DNA of 58,389 bases from Dehalococcoidia bacterium (GCA_963580875.1 CAUZMC010000005.1:1-58389); one strand, 5' to 3'; counted from the stretch's first letter, positions 1 to 11,332 are shown. Numbers and translations are program-made. Notes: generated by a model not told the origin, from the letters alone.

Positions 1-1
1 T

Positions 2-1825
2 GATATTAGAAACATCGCAATAATTGCTCATGTAGATCATGGCAAGACCACACTCCTGGATGCCATGCTCAAGCAGAGCCATGTCTTCCGCCGTAACCAG
101 CCAGTCGGTGAGCTTATCATGGACAACAATGATCTGGAACGGGAGAGAGGCATAACCATCCTGGCCAAGAATACGGCCATTTCGTACAAAGATGTCAGAA
201 TCAACATCATCGACACGCCAGGTCATGCCGATTTCAGCGGCGAGGTAGAGCGAGTCCTGAACATGGCAGACGGTTGTTTGCTGGTCATCGACTCATTGGA
301 CGGACCAATGCCACAGACTAGGTTCGTGCTACAGCATGCCCTACAGAGGCACATCAAACCCATCGTAGTAATCAACAAGATAGACCGACCATTCGCTCGA
401 CCAGAAGAGGTATCCATCTTAGTACAGGACCTCTTCTTAGAACTGGCTGTGGATTCTGACCAACTTGACTTTCCAATACTATATTCAGATGCCAAAACCG
501 GCTATGCCATAGCCGACCTGAATGACCCGCATGAGAACATTGAGCCTCTGTTCGATGCCATTCTAAAACACATCCCGCCGCCAGTAGCCGACGTTAATGG
601 TGGATTCCAACTGCTGGCTACAGCCCTTGACTATGACAGCCACATTGGACAAATTGTCGTTGGTCGTATAGCTCGCGGAAAAGTGTCGGTTGGGGATTCA
701 GTGTCCTGCATCTCAGCGGACAACGATACGACTTTCCACAAAGTGACCAAGCTATTTGTATATGAGGGCATCCAGCGCAGTGAAGTGGCAGATGCTGAGG
801 CCGGAGAAATTGTTGCCCTGTCCGGTCTTGAAAATGTGGCTATCGGAAATACTCTTACCTCGGTAGATAACCTAGAGCCTCTGCCGGGTATTGATATTGG
901 TCAGCCGACCATCCAAATGACGTTTGGAGTTAACACCTCACCCTTTGCCGGTCAGGATGGACGGTTTGTGACATCGCGGCAGATCAGAGCGCGTCTCTAC
1001 TCTGAACTGCAGACCAATGTGGGTCTGCGTGTGGAAGACACTGACAGCGCCGAGACTTTCCTAGTATCTGGACGTGGTGAACTGCACCTGTCTATTCTGA
1101 TTGAGACTATGCGCCGTGAGGGGTACGAGTTTCAAGTCTCCAAACCAGAGGCGATTGTACATATCGAGAACGGGCAGAAAGTGGAACCATACGAAATTCT
1201 TGACTTGGATGTGGGCGAGGAGAGTATGGGAGCCATGGTTGAAAACCTCTCATCCAGACTGGCACATATGACGAATATGCACAGTGATGGTCGTGGACGC
1301 CTACGTCTGGACTTCAGTATTCCAACCAGGGGGCTCATAGGTTTCCGCAGTTTCTTCCTGAAGGCAACTCGCGGCAATGGACAGATGAACAGTATATTCA
1401 CCGGATACGAACCGCTACGCGGCAAGGTAGAGTCCACGCGCTCCGGGGCACTGGTGGCCGCCGAAACCGGAGTTACAAGCACCTTTGGTCTTAGCAACGC
1501 CCAACAAAGGGGAATGACATTCGTTGAAGCCGCTATATCTATCTACGAAGGTATGATTGTGGGGGTACATGCCCGCGACAACGACCTTGTAGTTAACGTT
1601 TGCAAGGAAAAGAAGTTGTCAAACATGAGGTCCTCATCGTCAGACATAGCCACCAAGCTAACTCCCCCGATAAATATGAGCCTGGAAGAGGCCTTGGACT
1701 TTATTGTTGAAGACGAGATAGCGGAAATGACTCCGAAAAACATTCGCCTTCGCAAGCGCATCCTCTCCGAAGACGACCGGGCCAAGGGAAACCGCAACAA
1801 GAGCAAGGCCGCTGCAGGACAATAA
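2..1825 (+). CDS. typA: Translational GTPase TypA/BipA (5' end runs off the window)
   Basis: The frame is open from base 2: [20 protein letters not shown] (G1), [13 protein letters not shown] and NKID. The TypA C-terminal domain has KKLSNMRSS and [11 protein letters not shown]. Confidence 0.97.
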   Translation, partial: DIRNIAIIAHVDHGKTTLLDAMLKQSHVFRRNQPVGELIMDNNDLERERGITILAKNTAISYKDVRINIIDTPGHADFSGEVERVLNMADGCLLVIDSLDGPMPQTRFVLQHALQRHIKPIVVINKIDRPFARPEEVSILVQDLFLELAVDSDQLDFPILYSDAKTGYAIADLNDPHENIEPLFDAILKHIPPPVADVNGGFQLLATALDYDSHIGQIVVGRIARGKVSVGDSVSCISADNDTTFHKVTKLFVYEGIQRSEVADAEAGEIVALSGLENVAIGNTLTSVDNLEPLPGIDIGQPTIQMTFGVNTSPFAGQDGRFVTSRQIRARLYSELQTNVGLRVEDTDSAETFLVSGRGELHLSILIETMRREGYEFQVSKPEAIVHIENGQKVEPYEILDLDVGEESMGAMVENLSSRLAHMTNMHSDGRGRLRLDFSIPTRGLIGFRSFFLKATRGNGQMNSIFTGYEPLRGKVESTRSGALVAAETGVTSTFGLSNAQQRGMTFVEAAISIYEGMIVGVHARDNDLVVNVCKEKKLSNMRSSSSDIATKLTPPINMSLEEALDFIVEDEIAEMTPKNIRLRKRILSEDDRAKGNRNKSKAAAGQ

Positions 1826-1847
1826 AGCTTCAGAGGTTACGCGGTAG

Positions 1848-1871
1848 AAGGCACTGTAGAACCAGTGCCTC
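1848..1871. terminator. Hairpin between convergent genes
   Basis: AGGCACTG-tagaac-CAGTGCCT lies between the typA and FMN reductase stops. There is no clear U-tract. Confidence 0.4.
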
Positions 1872-1882
1872 ACGCAATGAAA

Positions 1883-2473
1883 CTATCTCGAAAGTCGCTG
1901 AATCCATTCAGCAAAATCAGCGAGGTTCTGCTCTACCATTCCACGCGCAGTCTCATTTGTGAGCTTTCCACCGCTGTCGAAATTGCTCAACCCTCCGGAT
2001 AAACCAACGTCTCCAGATGGCATAGTGGCAGCTCTTGGAAAAACGATCACGGAACGCAACTGAGAACGAACCATCGCCCCGGTTCCTCTAGAACCACCTG
2101 CTATAGACATAATAGAAACAGGCTTATTGAGCAACACGTTGCCAGGAGGCGTATTCCTTCTTGAGGCCCAATCAATTAAATTCTTTGTAACTGCGGGAAT
2201 TCCCCAATTGTATTCAGGTGTCGTAATCAATAATCCATCTGCAGCCGCAACAGATTCCTTGAAGTCGAGCACAGACTGTAAAGGCTCCGCTTCCAGATCG
2301 GCATTGAAAAGTGGGATATTTTGAATATCCAATTCTTCAATAACCATGTTCTCTGGAGCCATGGAGATTGCCGATCGGAGTAGAAGTAGGTTGAGAGATT
2401 CTTTCCGTAAACTCCCTGCAAAAGCAACAATCTTTAGAGGGTGGGTAGTAATCATAATCCTTATGTCCTCCAT
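1883..2473 (-). CDS. NADPH-dependent FMN reductase (flavodoxin-like, ChrR/SsuE family)
   Basis: Motifs GSLRKESLN, TPEYNWGIPAVTKNLIDWASR and NKPV. Confidence 0.92.
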   Translation of the reverse strand: MEDIRIMITTHPLKIVAFAGSLRKESLNLLLLRSAISMAPENMVIEELDIQNIPLFNADLEAEPLQSVLDFKESVAAADGLLITTPEYNWGIPAVTKNLIDWASRRNTPPGNVLLNKPVSIMSIAGGSRGTGAMVRSQLRSVIVFPRAATMPSGDVGLSGGLSNFDSGGKLTNETARGMVEQNLADFAEWIQRLSR

Positions 2474-2601
2474 CGCTGTCTATAGCGATCCGCTTTGGTG
2501 CGCAAATCAACACTCGAAGAATTAATTGTAGTCTGACATCATCTTGTGTCAAGTAATCTATACTATATACTGATCACTAATCAGCATGAAAGGAATCAAA
2601 C

Positions 2602-3264
2602 ATGACACTGCGTATCAACGACCAGGCACCAGATTTCACAGCAAACACCAGCACCGGCAAGATTAGCTTCCATGACTGGATTGGAGATGGATGGGCAATG
2701 CTGTTTTCACACCCAAAGGACTTCACCCCAGTCTGTGCGACTGAACTTAGCTATGTCGCGAAACTCAACGGCGAATTTGAGAAGCGATCTTGCAAAGTTA
2801 TAGGCCTGAGTGTGGATAAGGTGGACGACCATGTAAGATGGGCCGCGGACATCGAAGAACTTGCCGGTACCAAACTGAACTTCCCAATAATCGCCGATGA
2901 GGATCTCAGCATCGCCAAGCTTTACGACATGCTCCCCGCAGATGACGGCGATTCCTCAGAGGGCCGTACAGCGGCAGATAACCAGACTGTCCGTTCCGTA
3001 TTTCTGGTAGGCCCTGACAAGAAAGTCAAGATGAGCCTGACATATCCAATGAGTTCTGGACGCAACTTCGATGAATTGCTTCGCGTACTCGACTCCTGCC
3101 AGGTAACTGCCAAGTACAAGGTTGGCACGCCAGCAAACTGGGAAAAGGGTCAGGACGTAATCATTCTGCCGTCCGTAAACAACGAGGCGGCAAAAGAGCT
3201 TTTCCCAGACGGTTGGGAGACGGTCAAGCCCTATCTCAGGACTGTCAAAGACCCTAGCAGCTAG
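2602..3264 (+). CDS. 1-Cys peroxiredoxin (Prx6 subfamily)
   Basis: Motifs FSHPKDFTPVCATE, YPMSSGRNFDELLR and TPANW. SD AAGGA is upstream. Confidence 0.95.
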   Translation: MTLRINDQAPDFTANTSTGKISFHDWIGDGWAMLFSHPKDFTPVCATELSYVAKLNGEFEKRSCKVIGLSVDKVDDHVRWAADIEELAGTKLNFPIIADEDLSIAKLYDMLPADDGDSSEGRTAADNQTVRSVFLVGPDKKVKMSLTYPMSSGRNFDELLRVLDSCQVTAKYKVGTPANWEKGQDVIILPSVNNEAAKELFPDGWETVKPYLRTVKDPSS

Positions 3265-3339
3265 AGGAAGCTCACAGTAACCAATGCAAGAACTCAGGGC
3301 TGACTGAGCGTGGCTCCGATTACGTTAGCATCGCGTTCC

Positions 3340-5325
3340 TCAGTCGGTCTTAAGTTCTTGAAGCTGATTGTCAATCTTCTCAGCTTGCTGAGACAACCGC
3401 TCCCACTCATCCCAGAGGGATTGTGTCTCATCTTTGATTACCCTGTGTTGCTCTCCAAAGACAGTTAACTGAGCGGCATCTTCAAACTCGTACGGCCTCG
3501 AGAACATATCCTCCAACTCCGCTATACGTGCCTCGTGATCCTCCAGCTTAGAATTTATCTCACCTATACGCATAGCAGAACTGCGTGCCTTTTTGATGAG
3601 GGAACGTCGCAGTTCTTCATCGTCGCTCAGAGATCGTCCGGAGCGCTTACTTGGAGCATCGTTACCGACAGTATACCGTCCCGAATCAGAAGTCCTTGTT
3701 TCCTTGGCAGCAGAAGAGACGTTGCCGTTCTGTTTTTGGTACAGATAGCTGTCATAGTCACTGGGAAAGATCATGGGCGCACCATTATCTATCTCAATAA
3801 TCTTGTTAGCGGCCTGACGTATAAGGGTTCGATCGTGCGTTATGAAACATATGGTGCCATTATAGTCACTGAGGGCGTCCGCCAATATTTCCCTAGAAGC
3901 TATATCAAGGTGATTGGTCGGTTCATCCAAGAGCAGGAGATTGCTTGGTTGAAGCAGCATTTTTGACAGAGCTACCCGCGCCTTTTCTCCACCTGACAGC
4001 ACTGATATTGGCTTGTATATATCGTCACCACTGAACAAGAAGCCACCAAGAGTATGTCTCAGGTTCTGTTCTGACTGTTCAGGAGCCGCCTCATGCAACT
4101 CTTCGATGAGGGTATTGACTGGGTTTAGAAGGTCAAGGACGTGTTGTGCGTAGTATGACATCACAACATTGTGCCCGACCTTCCTCTCACCTTCCTCAAA
4201 CGGAAGAACTCCTGCGAGTATCTTCAACATAGTTGTCTTGCCGGCACCGTTGGGTCCAAGCAGGGCAACCCTCTCACCGCGGTTCAATGTTAGGTTCATT
4301 CTGCGATAAACGACGTTGTCACCGTAGAATTTGCTCACATTAATAAGGCGCATAACCTCGGTACCGCTTCGTGGCGGCTCAGGGAATGAATAACGTACCT
4401 TCCTAGTAGCCCTCGGCACCTCGATTGGTTTCAACTTATCAAGCTGTTTCAAGCGGCTCTGCACTTGGCTGGCTTTCTTCGCCTTGGAGCGAAAACGCTC
4501 AACAAACTGCATCTGTTTTTGTATTTCGCGCTCCTGCCTAGCCGCAGTCGTTTGCTTGATTTGCAGGGATCTATCACGGGCGACCAGGTAGTCATCATAG
4601 TCACCTTTTAGGAACAACACTTCGCCTGGTTCAATTGCAAGCACGCTGGTTGCCACCTGGTTCAAAAATGCTCTGTCATGAGATGTTATGACAACCGCAC
4701 CACGGAAAGAGGCAAGATATTTCTCAAACCACAGGTTAGCATCAAGGTCCAAATGGTTGGTTGGCTCATCAAGCAACAACAGGCCTGGATCTTTAAATAA
4801 CAACCTTGCAAGAGAGGCTCGCATGAGCCAGCCACCGCTGAACTCACTGAGAGGACGCTGAAAATCGTCCTGCTTAAATCCCAGCCCTGAGAGTATTGCC
4901 TTGGCTTCGTGGTCTCGGTTCGCTCCGTCTGCCAACTCCAACGCCAAGTCGAGCTGGGCAAACTGTTTCAGCAGTTCATTCTGATTGTCGTAGTCAGTTT
5001 CCAAGGACAACGATTCCTCTACGGCGGCAATTTTGTCCCTGAGAGTGGTCACTTTTGAAGAAGAGTCCACTACCTCCTGGAGAAGGGATTTGCCTGAAAA
5101 CGGGGATGGCTCCTGCCTCAGATAACCTATTGTGACATTGCGCGACTTTGATATGTCCCCTGTGTCTGCAAAGCTATCGCCTGCCAGTATATCCATAAGA
5201 GTAGTCTTGCCAGAGCCATTTGGGCCAATCAACGCCACGCGATCTCCGCCAACCACGTTGAATGTGAGGCCACTGAAAAGAGTCCTATTGGTATATGTTT
5301 TGCTTAGGTTGGATGCGTTTAGAAT
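3340..5325 (-). CDS. ABC-F family ATPase (EttA/YheS/Uup-like), probable ATT start at 5325
   Basis: Two ABC domains ([23 protein letters not shown] and [24 protein letters not shown]), an interdomain linker, a C-terminal coiled coil and no TM segments. The frame extends 23 codons upstream of the called GTG to ATT-CTA-AAC ([10 protein letters not shown]). Confidence 0.93.
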   Translation of the reverse strand: MLNASNLSKTYTNRTLFSGLTFNVVGGDRVALIGPNGSGKTTLMDILAGDSFADTGDISKSRNVTIGYLRQEPSPFSGKSLLQEVVDSSSKVTTLRDKIAAVEESLSLETDYDNQNELLKQFAQLDLALELADGANRDHEAKAILSGLGFKQDDFQRPLSEFSGGWLMRASLARLLFKDPGLLLLDEPTNHLDLDANLWFEKYLASFRGAVVITSHDRAFLNQVATSVLAIEPGEVLFLKGDYDDYLVARDRSLQIKQTTAARQEREIQKQMQFVERFRSKAKKASQVQSRLKQLDKLKPIEVPRATRKVRYSFPEPPRSGTEVMRLINVSKFYGDNVVYRRMNLTLNRGERVALLGPNGAGKTTMLKILAGVLPFEEGERKVGHNVVMSYYAQHVLDLLNPVNTLIEELHEAAPEQSEQNLRHTLGGFLFSGDDIYKPISVLSGGEKARVALSKMLLQPSNLLLLDEPTNHLDIASREILADALSDYNGTICFITHDRTLIRQAANKIIEIDNGAPMIFPSDYDSYLYQKQNGNVSSAAKETRTSDSGRYTVGNDAPSKRSGRSLSDDEELRRSLIKKARSSAMRIGEINSKLEDHEARIAELEDMFSRPYEFEDAAQLTVFGEQHRVIKDETQSLWDEWERLSQQAEKIDNQLQELKTD

Positions 5326-5639
5326 TTTGTGCTACCTTAAATGTTTTTATACTCGAAACGTTATTATACTCATTGTATGCAAATGTGGGCAATTTTTGTA
5401 TTTGGCACACAGAAACCGCTCTTACAACGAGTGAGTATTCCGTCTATGCATAGTATATAAACTTTTTACATTCTGAAGTCTCAGATAGATATAAATCGCA
5501 GATGAAAAACCGCACCGGCAATTCAGGACTTGACTCTCACTCAGATGGATGTCAAATTACACTAAAGCAGATAGATATTGCACGAATAGCTTCTAATACG
5601 GTTGCCACACGGCATACCTGCATACGCTGAAAGGAAATT

Positions 5640-6614
5640 ATGCCAACAGTAAACACAGTTCTTGGCCCCGTGGATACCAACACCCTTGGATTCACGCTGA
5701 TGCATGAGCACATTCGAGAGAGTTCCGCCGGCGTCCCATATACCTTTCCAGAACTATTTGACCATGAAGAAGACGTCGACCGTGGAGTGGCTGCACTCAA
5801 TGAAGCCGCCTCCGAAGGAATCGGCACAATTGTCAACGTGACCACTATGGACCTTGGACGGGATATGAGGTTGTTAAAGGACGTTGCAGAGCGTGCAAAA
5901 CTCAACATAGTCGCCGCAACTGGCCTCTGGCTAGATATTCCACGCGCCATAGCCAATGGAGCAACACCTGACCAACTTGCTAAAGCATTCATCAGAGAAA
6001 TCGAGGTTGGAATCGAAGGGACAGGCATCAAAGCTGGTGTAATAAAAGTGGCTACCGACGTGGAACACACAACAGGGGATGTGCTTGCTCCAGCCAATGA
6101 GCTTGTCCTACGAGCGGCGGCACGTGCCTGCAACCACACCGGAGTGCCTATTACCACACACACATCCTCACTAGCCAAGACAGGAAACTACCAAATGGCA
6201 ATTTTCGAAGAAGAGGGTGTAGACATGCACATGGTCTGTATTGGCCATAGCAACGACACAGATGACCTTGAATATCTGCTAAGAATCATCAACAAAGGAT
6301 GTTTCCTTGGCATGGACCACTTCCCTGGTGGGGCAAGAGGAGGTTTAAACTGGGAAGAACGAACTAAACTGGTGAAACAACTGGTTGACCTGGGACACGC
6401 AAGTCATGTGACCATGTCTCACGACTTTGGAGGTTGGCGTCCAGCTCTTCCGGAAGTTATTGGAAGACGAGGGGCCAACAACCCAGACGGTTACTGCTTC
6501 GTCAGTCGCAATGTGATTCCGCGGCTGCGTGAGCTAGGTGTAAGCGAGAAGGATATTCATCTGATGACCGTCGATGCGCCACGACGCTTTTTTGCTGGAC
6601 CCGACCTAGTATAG
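5640..6614 (+). CDS. Phosphotriesterase-family metallo-amidohydrolase (PTE/PHP-like lactonase)
   Basis: N-terminus VNTVLGPV..LGFTLMHEH, IKVAT (carboxylated Lys position), and metal ligands in TTHT, IGHS and SHD. Confidence 0.92.
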   Translation: MPTVNTVLGPVDTNTLGFTLMHEHIRESSAGVPYTFPELFDHEEDVDRGVAALNEAASEGIGTIVNVTTMDLGRDMRLLKDVAERAKLNIVAATGLWLDIPRAIANGATPDQLAKAFIREIEVGIEGTGIKAGVIKVATDVEHTTGDVLAPANELVLRAAARACNHTGVPITTHTSSLAKTGNYQMAIFEEEGVDMHMVCIGHSNDTDDLEYLLRIINKGCFLGMDHFPGGARGGLNWEERTKLVKQLVDLGHASHVTMSHDFGGWRPALPEVIGRRGANNPDGYCFVSRNVIPRLRELGVSEKDIHLMTVDAPRRFFAGPDLV

Positions 6615-6642
6615 ACCAAGCATGACGAGGTTGAGGCTACTG

Positions 6643-6673
6643 CCAGCACGCGTGTCACACGCGTGTTATCTGG
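6643..6673. terminator. Hairpin between convergent genes, built from two copies of the palindrome CACGCGTG
   Basis: CCAG-CACGCGTG-TCA-CACGCGTG-ttat-CTGG. Confidence 0.45.
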
Positions 6674-6679
6674 TTAATC

Positions 6680-8050
6680 CTAACCTGAAAAAATCTCTTC
6701 CCCGTACAGTCCATTGGTCAGTTCAATATACTGCTGCTTCGTTAGCAGCGGCGTGTGGTTTTCAACAATATCCCTCCCAACCTTTGCCCCATCGCTCAAC
6801 AAGTCTACTACCATATTCGCCATTGCCTTGGCCGCAGTGATAACCGCGAGCGAATAGTCATGCACCAAATAATCAACCCCATGCCCCTGTCCAGTTGCAG
6901 CGCTCACATAAGGATGCAACGCAGGCATAAGATGGCTAACATCTCCCATATCCGTAGAGCCACCTCCGTGTCCTCTCTCACCAACATTGTCAGTCCCCAC
7001 CAATGTTTCCGCGTTTGTTCTGTATATAGAAACCATCTCTGGATTGTTGACCAACGGTAGCATTTCTCCAAGATTGATAATCTTAACTCTAGCACCAACC
7101 GCCAATGCACCGGCACGTAAAGCACGATCCACCTTTGCGTTGGCCTCAAGAATTGCATCAATCGACCTGCCACGCACGTATGTCTCTATATGCACAGCAT
7201 CGGGAACGGCGTTGACCGCAGAGCCTCCCTTTGTGATGATGGGATGGACACGAATACTGTCCTCGTCTCTAAACGTTTCACGCTGCATATGAATTGCCTG
7301 AATCGCCAAAGTTGCAGCGTTCAGGGCATTAATGCCGCGCCACGGAGACCCTCCGGCATGAGAGGCATGCCCTATGAATTCAGCCCGTTTGGCCACAAGC
7401 CCATTGCTACCTGTTCCTGTAAACAGGCTCCTGGATACTTCACCAACCGCCAATGCACCGGCACCAGTGTCGCTGTCCAAACTCGCAGAATGGGTCATTA
7501 CCGCCAGATCAACATCGTCAAATGCCCCCAACCTGATGAATTCACCCTTCCCAGTTAGGAACTCAATCTTCCCTTGCAATCTGAGCTGATTTCGAAATTC
7601 AAGTTCGATATATTCCTCTGCTGGAACTGCCATAAATACGATCCGTCCGCTGAGTTCTTCAAGGACCCCAGGGGCCAATATTCCCGCCGCGACAGCAAGC
7701 ATATTGCCTATTTGAATATGATGTCCGCAAGCATGTGCAGCGTGGGTCGATATATCTTCTTCAGGGTGTCCTGGAACTACCATTGAATCCAGTTCACCGA
7801 TGACCGCTATTGTCGGACCGTCACCAGCTTTCCCATTCACAACTCCCTTTATGCCGGTGATCGCAAGGTTGTCTGTGTACGGAATACCCAAGTCTTTGAA
7901 CCAGCTCTGCACCGTTTGTGAGGTTTTGATTTCCTTGAATCCGGACTCCGGATTCTTCATGATGTGCTGAGCCGTCTGAATAAGGCTTTCGCTACGCCTA
8001 TCGATTTCCTGATTTACTTTTGCCTTTAGCTCCTCACGGGTTGCAACCAT
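6680..8050 (-). CDS. M20 family amidohydrolase (Acy1-like 2 subgroup)
   Basis: Motifs NPESGFKE, GELD, HACGH, PAEE and GGSTDMGDVSH. Confidence 0.92.
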   Translation of the reverse strand: MVATREELKAKVNQEIDRRSESLIQTAQHIMKNPESGFKEIKTSQTVQSWFKDLGIPYTDNLAITGIKGVVNGKAGDGPTIAVIGELDSMVVPGHPEEDISTHAAHACGHHIQIGNMLAVAAGILAPGVLEELSGRIVFMAVPAEEYIELEFRNQLRLQGKIEFLTGKGEFIRLGAFDDVDLAVMTHSASLDSDTGAGALAVGEVSRSLFTGTGSNGLVAKRAEFIGHASHAGGSPWRGINALNAATLAIQAIHMQRETFRDEDSIRVHPIITKGGSAVNAVPDAVHIETYVRGRSIDAILEANAKVDRALRAGALAVGARVKIINLGEMLPLVNNPEMVSIYRTNAETLVGTDNVGERGHGGGSTDMGDVSHLMPALHPYVSAATGQGHGVDYLVHDYSLAVITAAKAMANMVVDLLSDGAKVGRDIVENHTPLLTKQQYIELTNGLYGEEIFSG

Positions 8051-8155
8051 TTATTGTCCTCCATTTTCGTCTGACGGCTTGCATCAAATAGGCTAAGGAC
8101 TTAGAGTGATTCTTAGCTTACACCAGCCTTAATTTAGATCTGATAGGAACAGTAC

Positions 8156-9070
8156 ATGCTGAATGTCTTTTTCAACGTCATTATGCCTGTTTTCTTAGTG
8201 GCTGTCATCGCTGCTGGGTTTCAACGGTGGCGCAAGGTAGAAATTGGTCCTATAAGCCAGATTAGTCTATACCTGCTTTCACCGGCGCTCATATTCACCG
8301 CACTGGTACAACAGAACATAGCCGCCTCTGTATCCGTCAAGATTGTAATCGCCACGCTGCTGGCAACCGTTCTAATTCTAGTAACCAGCGTAATTATGAG
8401 CGCAGTACTACGACACGACCGCCCCATGAGAAGTGCGTTTATGCTGTCTACTGGGTTTCCGAATGCAGGTAATATGGCACTACCCGTCCTGCTGTTGGCC
8501 TTTGGAGATGAAGGACTTGCTGTTGGCGTTATAGTCTTCGTGACCCTAGCAATCATGGGCCAGTCCCTTGGCATTTTTATTGCCGCCTCAAGTCAGATGG
8601 ACGCTATGCAGTCCCTAAAACAGATCTTCAAACTTCCATCCGTATATGCAATTGCAGCGGCGTTTACAGTACGATCAATAGGGATAGAGTTACCGCCGGC
8701 CATCTTCGAGCCGATAAAGATGTTGTCTAATGCATCTATTCCAGTGATGCTAGTGGTACTTGGTATACAGCTGGCTGGTGAGTTCCGTTTAGAGAGGATA
8801 TTCAGCCTACTGACGGCGCTTGTACTCCGTCTGCTGATATCGGTGCCGCTGGCCTATGCAGCAACCTTACTCTTTGGGCTGGATGCCCTTGCACAAAGCG
8901 TGGTGATAATTGTATATGCCATGCCAGTGGCAGTTTTCACAATCATTCTTTCCACAGAGTTCAAAACAAACCCAAAATTCGTCACCAACGCCGTTGTGAC
9001 AAGCACACTTGCCAGCATGCTCACCCTGACCGTTGTTATTCCATTGGTCAAGAACTTCATTTTAGAGTGA
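8156..9070 (+). CDS. AEC (auxin efflux carrier) family transporter
   Basis: About 10 TM segments, with PALIF, FPNAGNMALP, AMPVA and STLAS motifs. Confidence 0.9.
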   Translation: MLNVFFNVIMPVFLVAVIAAGFQRWRKVEIGPISQISLYLLSPALIFTALVQQNIAASVSVKIVIATLLATVLILVTSVIMSAVLRHDRPMRSAFMLSTGFPNAGNMALPVLLLAFGDEGLAVGVIVFVTLAIMGQSLGIFIAASSQMDAMQSLKQIFKLPSVYAIAAAFTVRSIGIELPPAIFEPIKMLSNASIPVMLVVLGIQLAGEFRLERIFSLLTALVLRLLISVPLAYAATLLFGLDALAQSVVIIVYAMPVAVFTIILSTEFKTNPKFVTNAVVTSTLASMLTLTVVIPLVKNFILE

Positions 9071-9106
9071 AGTTTAGCTGCTTAACCGGAGAGTTGGGCT
9101 AGCGCC

Positions 9107-9412
9107 CTAATCCGTATGGCTTGAAAGATCAATTCCTACAACATTCCCAGAAGAACCCATCAGATCCTCTATATATATCTTGTCGAAATCTCCGTAATGC
9201 CCATTATTGACATCATCTTTCAGGTGTTCTGCCCACATATACCTGACATCTCGCCAATCAATTGGGAACTGTGGGTTATCGAAGAATGAACTGACGGCAC
9301 CAAAGGGTTCATCTGCTTCCACATAGCCCATCATCTGAAAATTTTCATACACGTTGCCACTGTGCGCGAGAAAATCACCTTTCATGGCTGCCAACACGAT
9401 GAATTTCGTCAT
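9107..9412 (-). CDS. Hypothetical protein (101 aa)
   Basis: ATG start, globular acidic/aromatic composition, and it fills the gap between other genes. No family recognised. Confidence 0.7.
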   Translation of the reverse strand: MTKFIVLAAMKGDFLAHSGNVYENFQMMGYVEADEPFGAVSSFFDNPQFPIDWRDVRYMWAEHLKDDVNNGHYGDFDKIYIEDLMGSSGNVVGIDLSSHTD

Positions 9413-9436
9413 ATTCGTACGGTGTTATATTCTGCT

Positions 9437-9598
9437 TTACTGTTTTTCAATCCGAATATTCTTACCGTCAACAGTAATTTTTATGTCAAGACCAGTTTCG
9501 TTAGATATTGGAAAGGACATTGCAGGTATAATTGGAGCAGGGCTTAGTTTCATTGCCTTGGTTTCCTTATCTTTAATGTCAATTGTTTGTATAGACAT
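9437..9598 (-). CDS. Small protein (53 aa), possible AbrB/SymE-like swapped hairpin; absent from the ORF track
   Basis: SD TAAGGAG sits 4 nt before ATG. Translation: MSIQTIDIKDKETKAMKLSPAPIIPAMSFPISNETGLDIKITVDGKNIRIEKQ. Confidence 0.65.
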   Translation of the reverse strand: MSIQTIDIKDKETKAMKLSPAPIIPAMSFPISNETGLDIKITVDGKNIRIEKQ

Positions 9599-9958
9599 AT
9601 ATCTCCTTACTACTTACCCACATGATTAAGTATTGGCTAGCAATATATCATGGAAGATACCATATCGCTAGATTAATGCACTCTCAAGGTATGAAGTAAG
9701 AATATTTTTCTAGGAGCTCAGACAGAAGATTCATCATTGACTCATTCCATTCCAATGTTAGACTCACGTTAGTTTGCATTGCCACAATACCATATGCCCA
9801 TTGCGCACATGTACGAATGCAATCGCGTATTAGGCGCATTATAAAGTGATTTCGATTGGCAATACTGTAGACAAACTCTCCCACACTCATAACACGTTTA
9901 TCAGGAGAGTCTGCACCCTAATGATTATGGTGTTAATAGTGAATATTAAAGTGAACAG

Positions 9959-11332
9959 ATGAACCAGCCTGTAACTCCACAAAAACTCCCCATTCCACTG
10001 CCATCAGGAATGTTCTATGGTTGGGTCATCGTCGCAATCGGATGGGCTGCCAATCTGGTAGCCGCCACCATGAACCCAGTGGTTTTTTCTATCTTCATAT
10101 CCCCTATGAGAGAAGAGCTCGGACTGAGCCTGAGCGGCATGGCATGGGTCATCAGCGTCAGAATGTTGACAGCAGGACTTGCGGCGCCATTAATTGGCCG
10201 TCTTATAGACACTTATGGTGCGAGGTGGCTAGGGCTTGCTGGTGGGTTCGTATCAGGTGGAGTTCTGCTAAGCCTTTACTTTGTACACAATATCTGGCTG
10301 ATGTACGGTCTATTCGCTATCAGCGGAATATTTGGGTTCGGCACATTTGGCGGACAGTTGCTTACTATAGTCCCAGTGTCTAACTGGTTTGTGGCAAAAC
10401 GGGGCCGTACAACTTCTATTGCAGCCACTGGCCTTGGCATGGGAACTGCCCTAGGAGTGCCAATAGCCATGCTTCTCATCAACACTGTTGGTTGGCGATG
10501 GGCTTGGGTGGCATTCGGGCTGGCAATATGGATCGTCATTATCCCAAGTTACGGCTTCCTCATGCGCCGCCGACCTGAAGACCTTGGGCTTACTCCCGAC
10601 GGCGCACCTATACAGAACAACTCTAATCCTGCACCCGATCAGGCAGTGGAAGAAATAAGCTGGACACTCAGACAGGCGCTACGTACGCCAGTGCTATGGC
10701 TTTTCCTGACCGCCCTGACAATACATATGTTCGCTTCATCCGGCATACTTTTCCTTCGAGTACCATACTGGAATGAGCTCGGAATATCTTCCACGGCCAT
10801 CGCCCTTGGTGTTGCCGCAGACCCGTTCACTGTCATCTTTGGAATGCTATTCTTCGGATTCTTGGCAGAACGGTACCCGGTGAGGTTCATGGCAGTAATC
10901 GGTGGTATATGGAGAGCACTTTCAATGGTACCGCTGCTGATAGGAGGCAGCCACGCCTCTTCCGTTTTCATGCACAACATTTCATGGGGAGTAGGATCAG
11001 GAGCTTTTGCAGCTGCTCAGAACTTGATTATTCCGACCTACTACGGACGGGTTGCCCAAGGGGCCATCAGAGGAATTTCATTGCCTCTGATGATAGCCGC
11101 AGGGGCGTTGGGAGCCCCGGCCACAGCATATATGATAGACTCAGGCATCAATCCATCTTTAATTTGGAAATTAGGATTTGTGCTTATGCTATTTGCAGGA
11201 TTGATGTTCTTCTTTATAAAGCCACCCAAAATGCCCAAAGAAGTTGCCACCGATGTTATCGTTGCGGCCGGTGTTACTGTTGTCACCGATGTTACCGAAG
11301 CCGCTCCAGCCACAGAAGACAACTCCGAGTAG
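9959..11332 (+). CDS. MFS transporter
   Basis: 12-TM pattern, motif A GRLIDTYGAR, WFVAKRGR and RRPEDLGLTPDG. Confidence 0.92.
   Translation: MNQPVTPQKLPIPLPSGMFYGWVIVAIGWAANLVAATMNPVVFSIFISPMREELGLSLSGMAWVISVRMLTAGLAAPLIGRLIDTYGARWLGLAGGFVSGGVLLSLYFVHNIWLMYGLFAISGIFGFGTFGGQLLTIVPVSNWFVAKRGRTTSIAATGLGMGTALGVPIAMLLINTVGWRWAWVAFGLAIWIVIIPSYGFLMRRRPEDLGLTPDGAPIQNNSNPAPDQAVEEISWTLRQALRTPVLWLFLTALTIHMFASSGILFLRVPYWNELGISSTAIALGVAADPFTVIFGMLFFGFLAERYPVRFMAVIGGIWRALSMVPLLIGGSHASSVFMHNISWGVGSGAFAAAQNLIIPTYYGRVAQGAIRGISLPLMIAAGALGAPATAYMIDSGINPSLIWKLGFVLMLFAGLMFFFIKPPKMPKEVATDVIVAAGVTVVTDVTEAAPATEDNSE
11243..11296 (+). repeat. Degenerate 3 x 18-bp tandem repeat in the MFS C-terminal tail
   Basis: gttgccaccgatgttatc / gttgcggccggtgttact / gttgtcaccgatgttacc, encoding VATDVI-VAAGVT-VVTDVT. 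Confidence 0.65.

Noticed and set aside
5552-6178. 208-aa antisense ORF and the many other 60-185 aa shadow ORFs
   Set aside because: They lie opposite or out of frame within well-supported genes and have no motifs or SD.
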